DNA from: Octopus sinensis
Lineage: Eukaryota
Length of the DNA stretch: 64,000 bases
NCBI RefSeq assembly: GCF_006345805.1
Contig: NC_043006.1
Span: forward strand, 84,320,001 to 84,384,000
Reading direction: 5' to 3'
Below the pieces are notes generated by a model. The model saw nothing but the letters and a program-made list of their open reading frames with translations. It had not been told where the DNA came from and did no database searches. A program made the translations under genes and the position numbers. Positions within the stretch are counted from its first letter, which is position 1. Every line of letters starts with the position of its first letter. This document shows positions 50,116 through 63,860 of the stretch, one piece after another.

Positions 50116-50425
50116 AATGGTTTCAAATTTTTGCACAGGGCCAGCAGTTTTTTTAAGGGGAGGGGGAATTCGATTAATAATAATGAAATATTGATAATAT
50201 TTATTTCTCCTAAAGGCATAAGCCTTGAAATTTTATGAGGGGGTTAGACGATTAAATCGGCTCCAGTGCTCAACTGGTACTTATTTTATCGATCCCAAAA
50301 GGTTGAAAGGCAAAGCCCACCTCGACGGAATTTGAACTCAGAACGTAAAACGAATTCAGATAGATGGATGAAATGGCGCGAAGATTTTTGTCCGGCATGC
50401 TAACGTATCTGTCAGTTCGCTTCCC
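50116..50425 (-). mobile_element. SINE family A, diverged
   Basis: Family core present. Confidence 0.75.
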
Positions 50426-52116
50426 TAATAATGAAGATAATAATGATAATAAAAATTAAGTTGTGAATGTATGACATTTCTCTAACGCTGACATTATCTT
50501 TGTTATGACGGTCGTGTTGCAAACAAAATGCGTTACAGTGTATAGTTACGGCTCTTTTTGTCTTCAAACACGCCGATGTCAACGTTTAGCAATGGTAGTG
50601 TTTGGGCATGTTGTTGCTAATCTTTTCTTTGTTACATGTTGTTGTTGTTGCTTTCGTCACAGCCAAGAGTTGTGTTCACCTGGGAATAGTGAGAGAAAAA
50701 TTTAGCGATATCGTTTTTGTGTGCGTTATTCCAACAGTTATTCATACCTTTAATTTGCTATGCTACACGCCTTTTTTTTATATTAAAGGAACGTTTAAAT
50801 TCGAGAAAACGTTTAAAAATTCCGCTACCAAAGGCCTAAACAGAACGTAGCCGACCAGCTCTTTATGAACCTGTTTAGTTTGGCAACGAAACAGAACAAA
50901 AAAATTTACGTAGACTTTTTAAAAACATTTAAAAACAAAACTTTCAAGCCGGTTTGCTTGATTTCTTATTCAGGCACAAGGCCAGTAATTTTTATGGAAG
51001 GGAAATAGATGATACCATCCACCTCCTCGTAGTATTTGACTAATACAATTTTTTTGCCAACGCCGAGGGCATAAAAGACAAATTTAACTTGGTCAGAATT
51101 TGAGACTTTTTTTTATATAGTATCGGCTCGGGTAACTTTAAAGAGGTATTTCAGTTGGATTGGTGGTGGAACTATAAATTTTAAATTTTGCGATATATTC
51201 AACCGATAAAAATATTTTTCAAATCGGTATATGCACAGGAAATAACATTAAAATACGATGTGTATACTTTTTATAATGTCTATACAAACCTAGAACGATG
51301 TTAGCTCAGGCATTTTGTCTCAGAAACTTTTCAAAGTGATTTGCGTATTGAAGAAAAACTCAGAGCTCCTTCAGAATGTCACTTTTGGATCGTCAGTGTT
51401 TTGACTTCATTTGTTCCCCTCAGTGACGAACACCTCTGGGCATTCTGAGCTCACCGGAAAAACAATGTGACGCCTATGTAAAAGAAAATGCACATTTTGC
51501 ACATTAATGATGCATTACAGACATACATCACTTCCGCTGTAATATGGAATACAGCTTTTCCGTTGACTGAAAAATCATTGTTTGTTCTGGTGTTATCTAA
51601 GCAAACCATTTAAATTGACAAAGTGTTCTTCCCGTGGTGAAAAACATGTGAAACGTGGCGTGAAGGACTATCTGTTTCCCACGAAGCAGAAACGTTTTCA
51701 TGTGGCACTAATTCAATATGAATAGAGAACGCTTCACGATCTTCTTCTGACACTAGTGATGTAGTATGTGTTATAACGATTGCATTATAGGCAGTTGATT
51801 GTAACGAACGCAAACAAAATTAGCCTTTTTTATTTATTATATCTATTTTCATTTAGCTAAACACCGGCGCTAAGCATTCCATATAGCTGTTTTGATTGAT
51901 TTTTATGATTTAGAATATTACATAAAAAAAGTGATTGATGCATAGCAAAGTAGCTTAAATTTAAAGAAAAACAATTCAAACGTATGTTCGTACACACATA
52001 AGAAAATACAAAAAGTAAGTGAAATCTAACTTTTGAAAATAGATTAAATTTCAAATGAAGCGAAATAAAGTAGTCACTTGTTAATAACTGATTAGCCTAC
52101 ATATGAAATTAGATGA

Positions 52117-52156
<40 letters not shown>

Positions 52157-52704
52157 GGAGAGGGAGAAAAAATACTTGAGTTGTTAATGTGTTTTGAGCG
52201 TTACAGACAGAGAAAATGTGACATTGAATATTTTATGCATCATCACAGCGAAAAATAATTCACTGATTTAAAATTAGTATGCACAATAAATTCCTCCAAC
52301 AGCTTGTTCTCTTAGTTAACGTCTCTAATTTCTCTCTCTTCCTCTCTCTCTCTTTCTCTCTTAATTTGATCGCAGTCACGTGTTTATTCGTATTTTTGAT
52401 CGTTGACACTCTCATATTTCCAGTCATGTGATTTTATTAATGTTTGTTCAGATTTCGTTGGGTAACATTTTCCATGATTGTTCTCAAGCAGAAAAAGAAA
52501 AAAAAAAAAGAATGAGAAAAAGAAAAAAAGAAAGAAAGAAAGAACGAAAGAAAGAAAAATGCATGCAACAGCAACAACGGAACCAGTCACAATTTTAAAG
52601 AAGGATCAGCAAACAACAGAATGATTTTGCAAAATTTTTGTCGAGGTCTAATAGGAACCGAAAGTCAACAAATGCAATTATGTTTTTCTAAATAGAATTA
52701 TATA

Positions 52705-52925
52705 GAAGCGCGTGGTTTAGTGGTTAGGGTCTTGGACTCATGATCGTAAGATTGTGGTTTCGATTCCTAGACCGGGTGATGTGTTGTGTTCTTGAGCAAA
52801 AACATTTCATTTCACGTTGTTCCAATTCACTCAGCTGGTGAAAAGGAGCAATCCACGACGGACCGGCATCTCGTATACGGAAGAATAATATACATCAGAG
52901 TAACCAGGAAACTGGCCCTACGCTC
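52705..52925 (+). mobile_element. SINE family C
   Basis: A box tggtttagtggt, B box gtttcgattcc, body ttgtgttcttgagcaaaa. Confidence 0.8.
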
Positions 52926-53023
52926 CTTACGGTAATGCGGATTAACCAATATAGAATTATGCATATAAAAACTGGCCATTAACGGAATTCAAAAAGAGAT
53001 ACCGACATGGCAATTTATCAATG

Positions 53024-53415
53024 ACTAGCAGTATTGCCCGGCGTTGCTCGGGTTTGATTTCTTTTCGACTCTTTAGAATTGGAATTTTTGAAAAGTAAAA
53101 ATTTTGCATTATGTAGCTTGTTATTCTCTTTAAGTGAACATTTTTCTGGTTGAAATACACCGAAAAATGGCAATACAGCAATCAAAAAATCGTAAAAAAA
53201 TCGGGATTTTCATGGGAAAAAAGCACCTTTTTGATGTAAATAACTTTTGGTCTTAACATGGTCCGATTTGAATTTTTTCTTCTACAGAATGAAGAGCAAG
53301 TCTTCTATCATACTCTCAATTTTGCTCAACTTGCGCCGCAGGGTCTCGGAGGAGATAGTGTTAGTTGAAGCCTACCAAACCTGCCACACACAGACAACTT
53401 CAGCTTTATATATAT
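53024..53415 (-). mobile_element. Non-autonomous Helitron-type element
   Basis: The minus strand starts atatatataaagctgaagttgtctgtg and ends cccgagcaacgccgggcaatactgCTAGt. Confidence 0.8.
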
Positions 53416-53715
53416 TGGCAGCGGTTTGTTGTTGGGGTTGGTAATTTACCTATTTATAGTTTAAACATTCCTAGTTTAAACATACCTATGATCAAAAGCA
53501 ATTAATCTATGACCATCTCTTTTTTCCAGACTGGTAAACTTAGGGCACCAGATTAGGTAACCAGTTAGGAGAGTCGTTAGAGCAGTGGTTCTCAGCTGGG
53601 GTCCATATGCCCTTTAAAGGTTCATACAAGATTATTTTGTTAAAATTTATGTGCAATAATTTTATTCATTTCTAGGCACAGAAAGAAACGACGCGGTCTT
53701 AACGATTACGCTATA

Positions 53716-53788
53716 TGCCCATAATGGTTAAGAGCACGGGCTACTAACCCCAAGATTGCCAGTTCAATTCCAGGCAGTGCCTTCAATA

Positions 53789-53861
<73 letters not shown>

Positions 53862-54012
53862 GCATCAGCAAAAAATACCTTAGTAATGAGAACTCAGGGT
53901 TGGGTTCAAAATTCTACCAGGACACCCGATGAAGGCGAGAGAATAAATCAGCCGAAACGTTGTGTTAACAAAAAACAAGATGAGGATACATATCCGTCCA
54001 ATGTAAATAATG
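53716..54012 (+). mobile_element. Composite element: tRNA-like head plus (AAT)n plus Penelope-type tail with hammerhead
   Basis: Head gcccataatggttaagagcacgggctactaacccc...agttcaattcc (A/B-box-like), (AAT)n at 53785-53860, and hammerhead ACAC-CCGATGA-A-GGC..GCC-GAAA-CG-TT-GTGT at 53922-53965. Confidence 0.55.
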
Positions 54013-54234
54013 TGAAGACTGTGAAGACTGTTCAGTCGTAACAATCGTACCTTTCGGTGAAAGTGGGATGGAAATGAACAATATATCTAGGACTACTACA
54101 TCCAAAGTACCCTTTACTGTTTTTTTTTTTTTCAGTATTCAAGAGGTATGTAGCTGGTATTTGTAACAATCAAATCTGCCACACAGGGGTTTCTTCAGCA
54201 ATTGATGTCAGCTAACATCTCATATATTTATGTG

Positions 54235-54450
54235 TTTCTGTGTTTGCTTGACGCACTACACTGCTTGACCACCGGTGTTGATTTGTTTACGTCTCCATAA
54301 CTTAGCGGTTCGGCAAAAGAGCCTGATATAATAAGTACTAGACTAAAAAATAAAATCTCCCTGGGGCGATTTATTCGATTGAAACCCTTCAAGACGGTGC
54401 CCCAGCATGGCCGCAGTCTCATGCCTGAAACGGGTAGATAAAAAAAAAAT
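54235..54450 (-). mobile_element. SINE family B 3' fragment
   Basis: Homology to the family B tail. Confidence 0.7.
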
Positions 54451-54639
54451 AAAAGATACATGAGTCACATTCTAGGACTGAAATGAAATTGCTTAATCAT
54501 GTTAATTAAGAAATTTCGAGACACCGCTGGACGGAAGCTTCTTACTGTCATTACACTGTGATACATACCGCTCTCCAACGTTAAAAGAGTAAAAACAACA
54601 TATAGAAAAAATATACACAATATGTCTACGACTGTGTGT

Positions 54640-54675
54640 GTTCTACAAATATATATATATATTTGTGTGTGTATA

Positions 54676-54715
<40 letters not shown>

Positions 54716-55026
54716 AATATATATATATATATATATTTGTGTATGTATATATATATATGATATATATATTTCTGTATATATATATATATAATATTTGTGT
54801 ATATATATATATATATATAATATATATATATATATATTATTTGTGTATATAATATATATATATATATCTATATATATATATATATATATTCTGTATATAA
54901 TATATATATATATATATATTTCGTATATATATATATATATATTTCTGTATTATATATATATAATATATATATATATATTATATATATATAATATATTACA
55001 AATATATATATATATAACTACATACA

Positions 55027-55074
<48 letters not shown>

Positions 55075-55179
55075 ATATATATTTGTGTATGTATATATAT
55101 ATATATAATTTCTGTATATATATATATATATATATTTGTGTATATATATATATATTCTGTATATTATATATATATTTCT

Positions 55180-55273
<94 letters not shown>

Positions 55274-55333
55274 CATACACAAATATATATATATAGTATA
55301 TATATTATATACATAATACATATATATATATAT

Positions 55334-55378
<45 letters not shown>

Positions 55379-55380
55379 CA
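54640..55380. repeat. Long interrupted (TA)n microsatellite
   Basis: Direct reading. Confidence 0.95.
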
Positions 55381-55759
55381 AAGATTAGTGGGTTAACGAG
55401 TAGCGGTGGGTCGTCTTTAGTTAGCAAAATGCTCTCCCTAGGGTATTTTCCCTGTCAGTCATAATGTGTGTTCCCGCGTTTCATTTATGATATATCGGGT
55501 AACTAAACACAACAAAACGGCGGGAAGTAGCGATAAATCTGTCATATAAATTCAATTGCATTTTTTATTTGACTGTTCTTATTGTTTAGCCCTAGGCCAA
55601 GACCTTTCCAGTACACCTCTATTCAACGGCGTTCCTACCATAAATCTCTTGCTTATTTTTTTTGTTTTCAGCTGACACCGTATATCTAAGACTGCATTAT
55701 CTAATGTCTCTTACATTTTTATTTTCTAACAAAAGCAAAAACAATTTAAAAAATCAGTG

Positions 55760-56095
55760 TAACAGCCGTGGCTGAATGGTTGAGAAACTTGCATCGCAAC
55801 CTTGTGGTCTTGGGTTCATCCCCTCTGCGTGGCACCTTGGGCAAATATCCTTTACAATGGCCCAGATTTGGGGCAGAAACTGAGAGAAGCCCGTCGTGTG
55901 TGTGTGCGTGTGTGTGTTCGCGTTTGCGTTTGTCCCGATCCACCGCTTGACAACCGGTGTGGGTTTGTTCACGTCTTCGTAACTTAACGGTTTGGCAAAT
56001 AAGTACTGGTGTCGATTTGTTCAATTAAACCCTGCAAGGCGGTGCCCCAGTATGGCTGCAATCCAATGCCTGAACCAAGTAAAAGATAAAAAGAT
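55760..56095 (+). mobile_element. SINE family B-related copy
   Basis: tRNA-like head plus family B body and tail. Confidence 0.75.
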
Positions 56096-56631
56096 AAGCA
56101 ATATGATTTGAGGGTGATTTGATTACTGTTTCTAACATTTCGATCGGCCACTTTAAAAAGGGGCCCCTCGCTGTGCCGTGTTGGTGTTACTGTTATTGTT
56201 ATAGCAGTTTTTGTTTTCTAGCATCATTGGAACCTGCCGAACGAAAACATATTCTCGTTTTACATTTTTATCCTCGGCGCCATCATTAAATCTCTTTCTT
56301 ACCTAATAAGTGAGCTTCATCGAAAGGAGACCCTGCTAGGAGGACCAACAAAGACGATATTATGATGAACTCCGTTCACAGTTTTCCTCGTCGTTTCTTT
56401 TCCTTATATTATTTCCATGTCTATATTTAGAATATATTCCGGAAGCAGGCAGGGGTTTAGTCTATAAGTTATTAAAGTACCTTGATTAGCTAGGGCGGGC
56501 CACCAGCCCCGTTCACTTTATGGCTAATGAAATCGGTGTATGTTTGATATATATCTCTGTGCGTATGTGCATATAGACACACGCACACACAAACGGACAC
56601 ACACATATACATATATATACACACAATATCT

Positions 56632-56666
<35 letters not shown>

Positions 56667-56878
56667 AACCACATATACATATGTGTCCAATAAAAGACCT
56701 TCACTTAGCAGGAAGTAGGAGTGGAACCGGAAGACTACCTATGTCGTAAAAGAAGAAGAGAAGAATAGTGAGGGGTGGGAAGAAAAAGAGACAGACAAAA
56801 AGCTAAACAGAAAGATAGATAAATAGAGAAAGCTGAAGAGAGAGAGGGGGAGAAAGAAAGAAAGAAAGAGAGAGGGGG

Positions 56879-56934
<56 letters not shown>

Positions 56935-57084
56935 AGAACTACTAAAATGTTGCTCCATGTGGAATTAATTGATATTCTCTGAGAATTTATAGGTTTTGAT
57001 TGGTATCTTGAGGAGGTCGCCCATATTAATCTTTAATTTCATCATCCTCATCAACCACTGGACATAACTGTCTAGGATCCCTAG

Positions 57085-57645
57085 GGTCGGTTACTCGGTT
57101 TCCGTGTCATGTAACTGACCGATATCATCACATCATCTCCTGGACGGGACGCCAGTCCGTCGCAGACTTACTCATTTTGTCAGTCGAAAAAGTTCACACT
57201 TTTTCAAGCATTCGGTTGGGATTTTCAGTTTGAGGATAACTTCTTCCCTTCGCCTCTTACCTGTTGAAGACCATGAAAACTCAGAGAATCACGGATGGTG
57301 ATATTCTTCCTGAGGGTAAAGTGTAAAGATCACCTTTGGTCATGAATGACCGCTGGATTACACCTAGAAATTTACCCTCACAAGCACGAGTCCGGTTGTT
57401 TATGGAAGAGCAGCAGTCGTCCATGTAAACCAGCTTCCCCTCTCCAGCCCACCAATGGAAAGGCAAAGGCCAATACAGCTTTGCACCGGTGACGTAGCAA
57501 TTCATTTCTACAGGTGAGTGAACTGGAGCAGTGTGAAATAAAGTGTCTTGCTCAAGAATACAACATGCAGCCCGGTCGGGGAATCGAATTCAATGCTTCA
57601 TGATAGTGAGCCCGACGTTCTAACTACTGAGCCATGCGCCTTCAC
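57085..57645 (-). mobile_element. SINE family C pieces (57085-57185 and 57330-57645)
   Basis: Minus head gtgaaggcgcatggctcagtagttag..ttcgattcccc; body cttgagcaagacactttatttcac. Confidence 0.7.
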
Positions 57646-57923
57646 AACTAAAAGGGGAAAAAATTAAATACCGTCGTGTTTTGGGGCTTTATCTGTCTCT
57701 CAGTTATCGGACTGGCATGATGGTTGCTGCATTCATAATTGAAAGGGATCAGCTAAGAAGTAGATACGAGCGGAAATCAGTCTTTGGGTTGCAGGATTGT
57801 TTCGCCGGAAGCTAACTTCTTACTCTACTGTGCTCAGCACTCGCACACTCTCTAAAACACACACACACACACACACACACAAAAATGCACACACACATAC
57901 ATAAGCGCACACACACGCTCATA

Positions 57924-59043
57924 TCTAATATCTACTACATATGTGTAAAATCGGTGTGTGTTTGTTTGTGGCGTTGTTAGCTAATTCCTACCACATCGCT
58001 TTATTGATTTTGATGAAATTTGACACGTGATTAGAACTGATGTCTGGAAACCTCGTGACATACTTAGATTGTTAAAAAATCGATAATACGGCCGTATTAA
58101 CGATTTTTATAACTAATTTTTTAATCACCCAAGGGAAATAACCCATAGCACCTGTACAATATTGTTTCAAGGGAAAACCCATTTCTTTGTTTGTGTTCGA
58201 TTACTTTGAATATTGATTTTTTTGTGTGTCCTATTTCTAATTTTTGCAGACAATATCACTTTTATACTTTCTTTGACACGTGAGTAGAACTCATGTCTGG
58301 AGGCCTCGTGACATACTTAGATTGTTGAAAAAAAATCGATAATAGGTCCCTTCCAATGGATCCTTCAACATATTAATAATATTATATTTAAACAACCCAA
58401 GGGAAATAACAAGTACCACCTGCAGATGTTAGCGAAGCGATCAATATTTCATTCTCACGATCAACCGACCTAATTATGCATTTCACTACTCAGTTTTGAA
58501 CTGCTAAACATTATTATTCACTTTCTTAATTCGAATCTTAAACATTAAAGACTTCATTCATACATTTCTACACATACATACATTTTTGAATGTCCATTAC
58601 TCCAATAATTCTGCATTTTTACAGTTACACTTTTTCCATGACAGTAGATAAATTTTTTTATTCCACAACGTATTTGTAGTGGCTTCGTGCAAGCATAGTG
58701 TGGATTCGATCCTCGATTGCCAAATTTCCCTTAACATTTCAACAGCGCTTTTCGCATGGTGAAGCAATAGTTTTTCTGTGAATAACAGTAGTTATACATT
58801 TTCCCAGATGTCGTCGCTAAGCAACATAATGTCTTTGCCTCTCGCCAACTTCTGACAACCTCTCTCACCAACCTCTCACAATATTTCTCGCCAAGCTTCG
58901 GAAACTTCTCTCGCCAACCTCCAACAATCTCTCCCTCCTCCAGCTTTTGTGGCAGTTATAACGAAATTGCTTTCTTATATCAGGGTTATAAGGCATTTCA
59001 ATAGAACATCTTTACCCCAGAAATTACCGGGCACACCAGCTAG
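57924..59043 (+). mobile_element. ~1.1-kb non-autonomous Helitron with internal direct repeat
   Basis: Starts A|TC..tctactacat, ends in an imperfect hairpin (ccccagaaattaccgggc) then accagCTAG|T. Internal repeat 58019-58142 / 58272-58410. Confidence 0.7.
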
Positions 59044-59061
59044 TATACATACATACATACA

Positions 59062-59129
<68 letters not shown>

Positions 59130-60123
59130 TGGTGTATGTTCGTATGCATGTATGAATGTAAGCGTATGTGTCCATATATATATGTGTGGTTATGTGTATT
59201 TATGTGTATTTGTTTGTGTGTGTGTGTGTGTACGTACATATATGTATGTAACACATGCATATCATTCTTGATTACAACTGCCAGATGAACGGGAACGTGA
59301 AACTCTGAGTAGCAGCTTTTTCTGATATTTTTGAGATGTTTCTGCAGCTGTAATAGCAAAGCATGTTACTCTGCCTGCAGTATTCGAGTACTATTTTTTC
59401 CCACTTTGTTTCACATTTATGTGCTTACTTGGCTATGTATGTATGTATGTATGTATGTATGTATGTATGTATGTATGTATGTATGTATGTATGCACGCAC
59501 GCACGCGTACACACACACACACTCACAAGTGTCGTGAGTTCCAAATCCTCTCACTTCGTCTCCTTTACTAGTTTTCTCCCTCCTTTATCCTTTCACTCTC
59601 CTACTCTTCCACATTTCTCCCATTCCTCCTTCTCTTCCTCGCTTTCCCTCCCTCTGCCAATTATTATCTTTCTCACTCCTTCATTCCTGCATTTTCTCCC
59701 CATTAACCCTCACTTTGTCTCAAATTTTGTCTACAATCCTTCTCCTATCGCACATTTCAAATTGTATTTTACATGAGGAATCGTAATTTCGGTTTTGTAT
59801 ATGCTTTCATTGTCCATTGCCTCGCTTAACACTTTTCTTTTTCATAAACTGTATCACTCGAAACGTCAGAGTCTCTTCCGTTTTAGTTTGGTGTATTTAT
59901 CTTCATTGTACATTTCTTTGATTTTTGTTTTTCTGCCTTATATTGCTAAACTTTTCCAGTCTTATGCTTTCAATGGTTTGATTTCTTCTTTTATCTTCTT
60001 TTACATGTTTCAATCGTTGGAATGTGGCTATGCAGAGGCAGTTTTCTTTGTCCCGTAAACTTGCCTATTTTATTTGTGTAATCTTTATATATTTTCTCTC
60101 TAACCAACCAGCCGTCCACCCCA

Positions 60124-60193
<70 letters not shown>

Positions 60194-60214
60194 GTTCGTC
60201 TGTTTATCTATCTA

Positions 60215-60245
<31 letters not shown>

Positions 60246-60252
60246 GCCTGCC

Positions 60253-60305
<53 letters not shown>

Positions 60306-60457
60306 GACTCGCTAGCTAGCTAAGCTGCCTATGTATCTGTCTATCTAGCCCTTACTCTTTCTCTCTCTCTCTTTCTATGTGTGTGTGTGTGTATGTGTGT
60401 ACCAAATTAATTCGTGTAAAAATCAATAAGAAGAGTACTCCATCTAATGAGAGTCTA

Positions 60458-60694
60458 ATATTAATATAAATGCTTCATGCTACATGCATTATATGCGCTA
60501 CTAATAATTTAACGTAAATAAGTACGTTCATCAGGAGCTTTCGTATGGCTTCCGTATCGCTTCACACCTGTCCTCTATTAAAAAGTAACCCTCTTGGTTA
60601 AATAGTTCAATCAGCGCCTGATGAACGTACTTACGTACGTGAAACTATTAGTAGTGCAAATAATGTATGTAGTATGAAACATTTATCGTAATAT
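60458..60694 (+). mobile_element. Penelope-type terminal repeat with upstream inverted twin
   Basis: 60458-60539 is the diverged reverse complement of 60613-60694. Followed by (TA)n. Confidence 0.7.
60614..60657 (+). ncRNA. Intact type I hammerhead ribozyme
   Basis: GCGC-CTGATGA-ACGTAC-ttac-GTACGT-GAAA-CT-att-AG-TA-GTGC; GUA triplet at 60651-53. Confidence 0.82.
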
Positions 60695-60964
60695 ATATAT
60701 ATATATATATATTCCAAGAAAGTAAGAGGTTGTGAATCCAACCATCTAAGGGATAATGTCTATCCAATATACTGCTGGTAGAATACCCAATTATTAATAC
60801 ACAACTGTTTTTTATTGCATTGCAATTACATTACCGAGTGTACAAAAATGGGTGAAGGTAAAAAGATATTTTACCATTAATTTATAGAGCAATAAGAAAA
60901 TGGAGGGGATCAACAGGTGGTTCATCAACTTTTAGATATTATAATGTCTAAAAGTTGATGAGCT

Positions 60965-61160
60965 ACCTGTTGATCCCCTCCAACAACGCGAGGACGTGGA
61001 ACAAGTATAGTGTTATTGGACGCTCAGGAAACGAAAGAAAGAAGGAGGATTTAACGTTCCGAGCGAAGCTCTTCGTCAGAAACATAGGAAAAGGAAAGAT
61101 CCAAGGAAGGGAAGACGGAGGAAAAAAATCGCCAACGGTACACACGCGGTCACATTTTGA
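60965..61160 (-). mobile_element. Penelope-like terminal-repeat fragment with one-mismatch hammerhead (61049-61083)
   Basis: Minus strand GTTT-CTGACGA-A-GAGC-ttc-GCTC-GGAA-CG-TT-AAAT (GAAA mutated to GGAA). Confidence 0.6.
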
Positions 61161-61284
61161 ATATATATATATATATATATAGTTATACATACCTACATAC
61201 ACACATACACACATGTATATATACACCGAAAGAAAAGAGAGTGTGAGAAGAGAGAAAAACACAAAGATCAATGGATTGATGGGT

Positions 61285-61505
61285 TAAGGCAGCGAACCGT
61301 CAGAATCGTTAACACGTTGGGCAAAATGCTTAGCGGCATTTCGTCCGTCGTTGCGTTCTTAGTTCAAATTCCTCTGGGGGTCGACTTTTCCTTTCATTCT
61401 TTCGGGGTCGATAAAATAAGTAGTAGCTGAGCTCTGGGGCCGATGTAATCGTCATACCCTGCTTCCCCGAACTTGCTGGCCTTATGCCAGAATTTGAAAT
61501 CAATA
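61285..61505 (+). mobile_element. SINE family A, full length
   Basis: Head plus core. Confidence 0.85.
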
Positions 61506-61617
61506 TAACGAAATAACTATCATGATAATGATGACAACAATAATGATGATGATAATGATGATGATGATGATGAGGGGGATGATCCTCATCATCAGTCTCA
61601 ACTGCGGTAGTAGCAAT

Positions 61618-61655
<38 letters not shown>

Positions 61656-62381
61656 TAACCATCAGAACCAACGACCACAAATCGACTAACGTTTAATGGC
61701 AATCTTCTATCGCCTGCCTATTTATCTAGGCAATCAACCACATAAACGGTCACCTACTCGTTGGTGATTGCTACATTGAATTAGATACGATGCTGATGTA
61801 CTTAAAAACAATGCTCTAATTGAGTTAAACTCGTTTTACACAGGATTCTTGACAAAATGCAATTTGTAGTCTAAAATTATACTCATTCAAATTATTTCTC
61901 TCTCGCTCTCCCTCTCTATTTTCGTTTTGAGCACATCGCTAAGCAAACACACGCACACACGCAGTAATATGCACATATGTTCTCAAATATATAGAATAAC
62001 TAGTTATTACTGCAGTTGAATTTTATTGCTGGTCAAATTATGGCAAATTTAATAATTGATCAGTTATGAAAAGAATCGTGTCCATAATAGCTGCATTTCG
62101 CGATGGTTAATGCTTCTTGTATGGTAAAATCGTTAAAACGATAATTATTAATTTTGGAGGAAACATATGCTGTAGTATACACACACTCACAAAACACACA
62201 CACACACACACACACACACCAACACACACACACACACATATAGATTATCTATCTATATATATATATATATATATATATCATATATTAGGATTCTACATGT
62301 ACACATTCATGCATGTATTCTTATATACGTATACGTAATACAGGCAGGGACATCGCACGCACGTGCACATACATACATACA

Positions 62382-62423
<42 letters not shown>

Positions 62424-63103
62424 GTTACTTTTATATGAAAAGATGGACGATGACTTCACAGCCTCATAATGACGAGCAAGCAGAAACTTCGCAGTCACTG
62501 TCAACACTTTTCTTGTAAAGATCTATAAATATGTACTCTACTTGAAAGTATTGATTAATACTTTAATTTAATGTTTTTTAATATATAATTTAACATAAAA
62601 ACAATCATTTATAGACATGCATACAATATATCATATACGTGTGTGTGTGTGTGTGTGTGTGTGCGTGCGCACGCGTGTTTTTTAATGTGTGTATGTGTGT
62701 GTATGAGTGCATGCATACATACACACACATGCATGCAAACGTACAGACACACATAAATACATAATACATATATACATATTTACATATACATGCATTCATT
62801 CATGCTTGCATATATATAAAAATACATACATACACACACATACATAGAAAAATACGTACATACATGCACACACATACATACATACATATATACAGACACA
62901 TATGCTTACACACACATACATACATACATACACATACATACATACACACATAGTACATATATACACACATACATACATGCATACATACATACATACATAC
63001 ATAAATACATAAGGTTTTTTTAAAATTTAAAGGATGGCGGTTAAACAAGATGCTTTCTTGGTAGCCTTGGTAGTTATTCTAAATTCAAAAGAGAAAGAGG
63101 TGC

Positions 63104-63390
63104 TACATACATACATACATACATACATACATACATACATACATACATAATACATACAATACTACATACATACATACTACATACATACATACATACATAC
63201 CATACATACATACATACATACATACATTCATTCATCATTCATTCATTATACATACATACATACATACATACATACATACATACACACATACATACATACA
63301 TACATACATACATACATACATACATACATACATACATACATACATACAACATACATACATACATTCATTCATTCATTCATCATTCATTCA

Positions 63391-63421
<31 letters not shown>

Positions 63422-63828
63422 CATACATACATACATACATAATACATACATACATACATACAACATTCATTCCATTCATCATTCATTCATTCATACATAC
63501 ATACATACATACATACATACATACATACATACATACATACATACATACATACAGACATACATACATACATAACATACATACATACATACATTCATTCATT
63601 CATTCATTCATCATACATACATACATACATACATACATACATACATACATACATACACCATACATCATACATACATACATACAGACATACAACATACATA
63701 CATACATACATTCATTCATTCATCTCATTCATTCATACCGACATACATACATACATACATACATACATACATACATACATTCATTCATCATTCATTCATA
63801 CATACATACATACATACACATACATACA

Positions 63829-63860
<32 letters not shown>

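Noticed and set aside
53716-53782. Functional tRNA gene
   Set aside because: The acceptor and T stems do not pair properly; treated as a tRNA-derived SINE head. The same applies to the SINE A, B and C heads.
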